Shown one piece after another: positions 60,001 through 64,000 of a stretch of 64,000 nucleotides of DNA. The translations under genes were made by a program, and so were the position numbers. Position 1 is the first letter of the stretch. The number at the start of each line of letters is the position of its first letter. This DNA comes from Dipteris shenzhenensis. Lineage: Eukaryota. The notes under the pieces were generated by a model. The model was not told where the DNA came from and ran no database searches. It worked only from the letters and a program-made list of their open reading frames with translations. The stretch lies in the NCBI GenBank assembly GCA_047967505.1, contig CM106538.1; one strand, given 5' to 3'.

Positions 60001-62533
60001 AGGCCAAAAACCAGATATTTCTCACTTGAAGGTATTTGGTTGCATAGCTTATGTTCATGTTCCTGATGAGAAGAGAACAAAGCTGGATCCAAAGGAAGAA
60101 AAATGCATCTTTATTGGATATGCTCTGCACCAGAAAGGGTATCGCTGTTATAACCCTTCCACCCGCAAAATGCAAGTGAGCAGAGATGTTGTTTTTGATG
60201 AAATGAGCAGCTGGTATGCACCAACTGTTATGGTACGAGATGCAGATGCAGGAAATGGGAATGCTGCAATAAATGCAGAGCAGCAATCTCAAGCCTTGAG
60301 TGGACCCAGAGAGTCCTCTACTAGTGGATCTAATGCATGGACAGGGAGATTGAGATCTAGTGAATCGTCACATGGTAGCCCTGATAGTGTTGTGCAGGTA
60401 TCACATAAGGGAAAAGAAAAAGTAGACCATGCTCCAGTGTTTGATGTGTCTGCTGGTAGCTCTCATGTTGATGGAGAGTCAAGCGGCTCTGAAATGAGCC
60501 TTGATGAGGAACTTGGGATTCCTTCTGTTGTTACACCTGGTGCAAGGAAAAGCAGGCATGATTTAAAGACTCCTGCAACTGATCCAGTTGTACGGAGGTC
60601 CACTCGTATTAAGTATCCAGTTGACAGGCTGAGATATGATGGGTATACAGCACATCACTATGCTTATATGGTCAAGGTTCTAGAGGAGCCAGAGCCCACA
60701 TGTTTTGAGGATGCAGCAGGGAATAAAAATTGGGAAGCAGCTATGGATGAAGAGATGGCTGCCTTGGATGCAAACCACACTTGGGATTTGATGCCTTTGC
60801 CTCATGATAAGAAGGCTATTGGCTGCAAGTGGGTTTACAAAGTAAAACACAATGCTGATGGGTCTGTTAGCAAGTACAAGGCAAGATTGGTTGCCAAAGG
60901 TTTTGCGCAGACATATGGAATTGACTATGAGGAAACTTTCAGCCCAGTTGCAAGGATGACAACCGTGAGAGCAGTAATTGCTATGGCTACTGCAAAGGGA
61001 TGGTCTTTGCATCAGATGGATGTGAAAAATGCCTTCTTGCATGGTGATTTGCAAGAAGAGGTTTATATGATGCAGCCAGAAGGTTATGAGGATAATTCAC
61101 ACCCCGATTTTGTATGCAGGTTGCGCAAAGCCTTGTATGGCTTAAAACAGGCGCCGAGGGCATGGTCAAACAAGATAGGGAAATATCTTGTCACTATTGG
61201 ATTTCATATTTCCAATTCAGATTTTTCACTTTATGTGAAAAGGACAAACAGAGGGATTGTGCTTATAGTCATCTATGTTGATGACTTGATTATTACAGGT
61301 GATAGTGATGCAGACATTAATGAAGTGAAGCTGCTGTTGAAGCAGAAATTTGAGATGAAGGATTTGGGAGAGCTGTGTTACTTCTTGGGCATTGAGGTTA
61401 TTAGATCCCCGAGTGGGATATGGCTATTGCAAAGGCAATACGGTTTGGACATGCTGTCCAAATATGGGATGACAGGCTGTAAGCCTATCTCTGTTCCATT
61501 GGAGCAGAATGTGAAGCTCAATGCAGAGACAGGTGAGCTTCTTGATGATATTACTATGTACAGGCGCATAGTAGGTAGCTTGATTTACATGACTATAACC
61601 AGACCAGATTTGAGCTATGCTGTGGGGCTGGTGAGTCAGTTTATGCAGGCACCGAGGAAGCCACATTTGGATGCGGCTAGGCGCATACTGCGGTATGTGA
61701 AGTCCACATTGCATTATGGACTATTTTATGAAGCTGGGTGTGCATTATAGGTACATGGATACACAGATGCTGACTGGGCTGGTAGTGTCTCAGACAAGAG
61801 ATCTACTAGTGGTTTTATGTTTTCCCTTGGGAGTGGTGCCATCAGTTGGAGCAGCAAGAAGCAGCCAACAGTTGCCTTGTCGAGCACAGAGGCTGAGTAC
61901 AGGGGTGCAGCAATGGCTGCATGTGAGGTAGCTTGGTTACGGAAGCTACTTGCAGATATGGGACAGACAATTCATGCAGCAGTTGTCATTCATTGTGACA
62001 ACATTAGCAGCATCATGCTTGCTAATAACCCAGTTTATCATGCTAGAACAAAGCACATTGAGGTGCATTATCACTTTGTGAGAGAGAAGGTTCTAGCTGG
62101 TGAGATTGATCTTGTCTATGTCAGCACTGAGGAGCAGGTGGCTGATATTTTTACAAAGGCATTGGGTACCGAGAAGCTTCGCAGATTTAGGAGCTTGCTT
62201 GGTGTACGTGAGATGGATTTGAGCTTGAGGGGGAGTGTTGAGATATCAAGCTCTACCCCCGATATATCTCCTGGATGACTATCATTTATGTCACCGCCTA
62301 TGTTAGTTGTACTCGTGGTGTAGTTAGACTACCACGTATGTTTTTGGTTTGGGTTCACATATGAACCACGTATTCTAGGTTTTGACATATAGGGTATTTC
62401 CCTCTTCTATTGTATTGTTGTTGTGTGCAAAAGTGAAGAAAGGCTTCACCCTCCAACCTTGTGTCCTCTCTCTTTTGTGTGTTGTGAAGAAAGCTGAACT
62501 TGAGTCTCCTATCTCTCTCCCTTATTCTTTACA
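57047..62533 (+). mobile_element. Structurally complete, recently inserted Ty1/copia LTR retrotransposon (5487 bp)
   Basis: 298-bp LTRs at 57047-57344 and 62236-62533 (one difference seen, 57246 A vs G); TSD CTCCT at 57042-57046 and 62534-62538; PBS TGGTATCAGAGC at 57345-57356; PPT TTGAGGGGGAG. Confidence 0.98.
57923..62278 (+). pseudogene. copia gag-pol polyprotein (gag, zinc knuckle, protease, integrase, RT, RNase H), single frame with three TAG stops
   Basis: MSENLSTIVSEKLDKNNFQAWKF; CYYCGKPEHKENTC; WYVDSGASNHM; WHKRIGH..CEAC; RSDGGGEY; YVDD; TKHIEV. TAG at 58787, 59825 and 61748. Confidence 0.95.
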
Positions 62534-62648
62534 CTCCTCTTACTTCTCTTGGCTCTGCAAACCCCCCAATTAATTTCTACCCTAACTTATCCAGATCTAT
62601 TTTCCTTCTTAATATATATATAGATGTGTGTATTTATACATATATTAA

Positions 62649-62654
<6 letters not shown>

Positions 62655-62698
<44 letters not shown>
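62655..62698. repeat. (CT)n microsatellite
   Basis: Direct. Confidence 0.9.
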
Positions 62699-62700
<2 letters not shown>

Positions 62701-63719
62701 AATGAAAACTCAAATTAAAACCCTCTTTTTTCTCTTTTTGTCCTTCTTTACCCCTTTTAAAAAATGTATTTCCTATTCAAAACACCCTTGTTTTCAAATT
62801 TTCCTATATTAATTTTTTAAATTAGTTATTTTGTCCTAATTTATCATTCCTTTACTCCCCCCTTCTTATTAGATACAGGGTACCTTTACTTTGATGGACA
62901 AATGAGACTAGGTGCCTGCTTTAATGATATTTGGCGGAATGGTAAAAGATGACTAGCATGACCAAGTATTTGGTTGGGGTAATCTTGTAGCTTTGATGGC
63001 TAATTATTCCATATCATAATGCTTTGCAATATATGGTAGTAACTCGGGGGTTGAGCATGAACATAATGTCGCTAAGATTGAAAGACCTTAGAGAATGTGT
63101 AATCTTAATACTTGGGTTTAGACAATATCATCTTCTTCTATGCTACTCTTTAATTATCTTCTAAACCCCCATCGTATATAAATTTAGACCATATAGTTAT
63201 GTTTTATTTCTTTTAACTCTTGCAAATTTTGTTAACCCCTGCAGTATATTTTGATTATAATGTGGTTATAAAAAGAAACTACTAATGGGTTATAAAGTTT
63301 AAAAATTTGGCCTCAAGGCTGCCTAAGGTTCAAATGGATAAGAACGTTAGTCAAAGAGATAACATACACTTATGAAGAAGCTCATGCATACCTAGGCATT
63401 AGGGGAGAATTGTGGTCTCCAAAGGGCCCCCAATTAGTGTTTCCTAATTTCAAGGGATTACTGAGGTATTTGAGGTGTACCAATGGGAGTGCTCCTTTTT
63501 GTGGGGCAATGCCATGTTGAGGTGGAGGGTGGGCAGACCTACAAACAACCCCTATTGGCTACTCCTCTTACATTGGGGACCACTCAAACCATCCCCCCCC
63601 CCTCAACCCATGCTTGACCCTTCTCCCATATGTACCTCCCCCAAACAAACCTACAAGTCATTCAAGAGGCAGTGGACCCTTCTAGGTGAATTTTCCCCCC
63701 CTCTCAGCTTGTTACAGGC

Positions 63720-64000
63720 TTGCCCCCTCCTCTTCTCTAGTCCAGCTCCATTCTCCCTCCATTTTTCAAATGTGGGAACTCATTTGGCATCTTCTTTGCC
63801 CCCTCCTACTCTAGTCCACTGTGTTTCTCCCTCTCCAACACCTCCTATAGCAGCTACTCATTCTCTCTCCATTGCTAGCTACCCCACCTCCTACAGCAGC
63901 AGCTGCTCATCCCCCTTTGCTCTTTCTTCCTCCATTCCTAGCTATAGTACCTCTTGTAGTGGATGCTCATCCCCCTCTACTCTTTCTCCCTCCATTCCTA
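63720..64000. repeat. Degenerate C/T-rich tandem repeat (CCCCCTC..CTCTAGTCCA / CTCCCTCCATTCCTA units) running off the window
   Basis: Recurring CTCCCTCCATT and GCTCATCCCCCT motifs. Confidence 0.55.

Noticed and set aside
62236-62278. copia ORF extending through the PPT into the 3' LTR
   Set aside because: A common feature of copia elements; not novel.

Overview
Gene-free, transposon-saturated window from a large plant genome. The TE protein style suggests a non-seed plant such as a fern, but this is inference only. No host gene, rRNA, tRNA or true CRISPR array could be supported. Contents: (1) At least six L1-clade LINE copies or fragments: a near full-length young copy at ~20.6-26.9 kb, a short TSD-flanked copy at 58-611, an old copy at ~2.06-10.27 kb carrying a nested antisense LINE with a 13-bp TSD, and two further fragments. 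(2) An intact-structure Ty1/copia element at 57047-62533 (298-bp LTRs, CTCCT TSD) and a truncated sibling at 11791-14578. (3) Two degenerate non-chromovirus Ty3/gypsy elements (+ strand 16.8-27.1 kb; - strand 43.3-51.3 kb with a ~3.7-kb LTR), plus an Athila-type PBS/LTR. (4) A TRIM-like non-autonomous LTR element at 36632-37891. (5) A ~6.5-kb 21/25-bp satellite with a ~2.49-kb higher-order duplication. Most unusual: an array of ~9-10 conserved ~38-nt hairpin repeats separated by variable spacers, with a compensatory base-pair change, upstream of the - strand gypsy gag (51849-52600). Also notable: a LINE insertion that replaced the integrase core of its host, an ectopic second RT motif in a gypsy linker, a conserved ATGA ORF1/ORF2 overlap in the LINEs, and a recurring CAG>TAG (CHG-type) nonsense signature.
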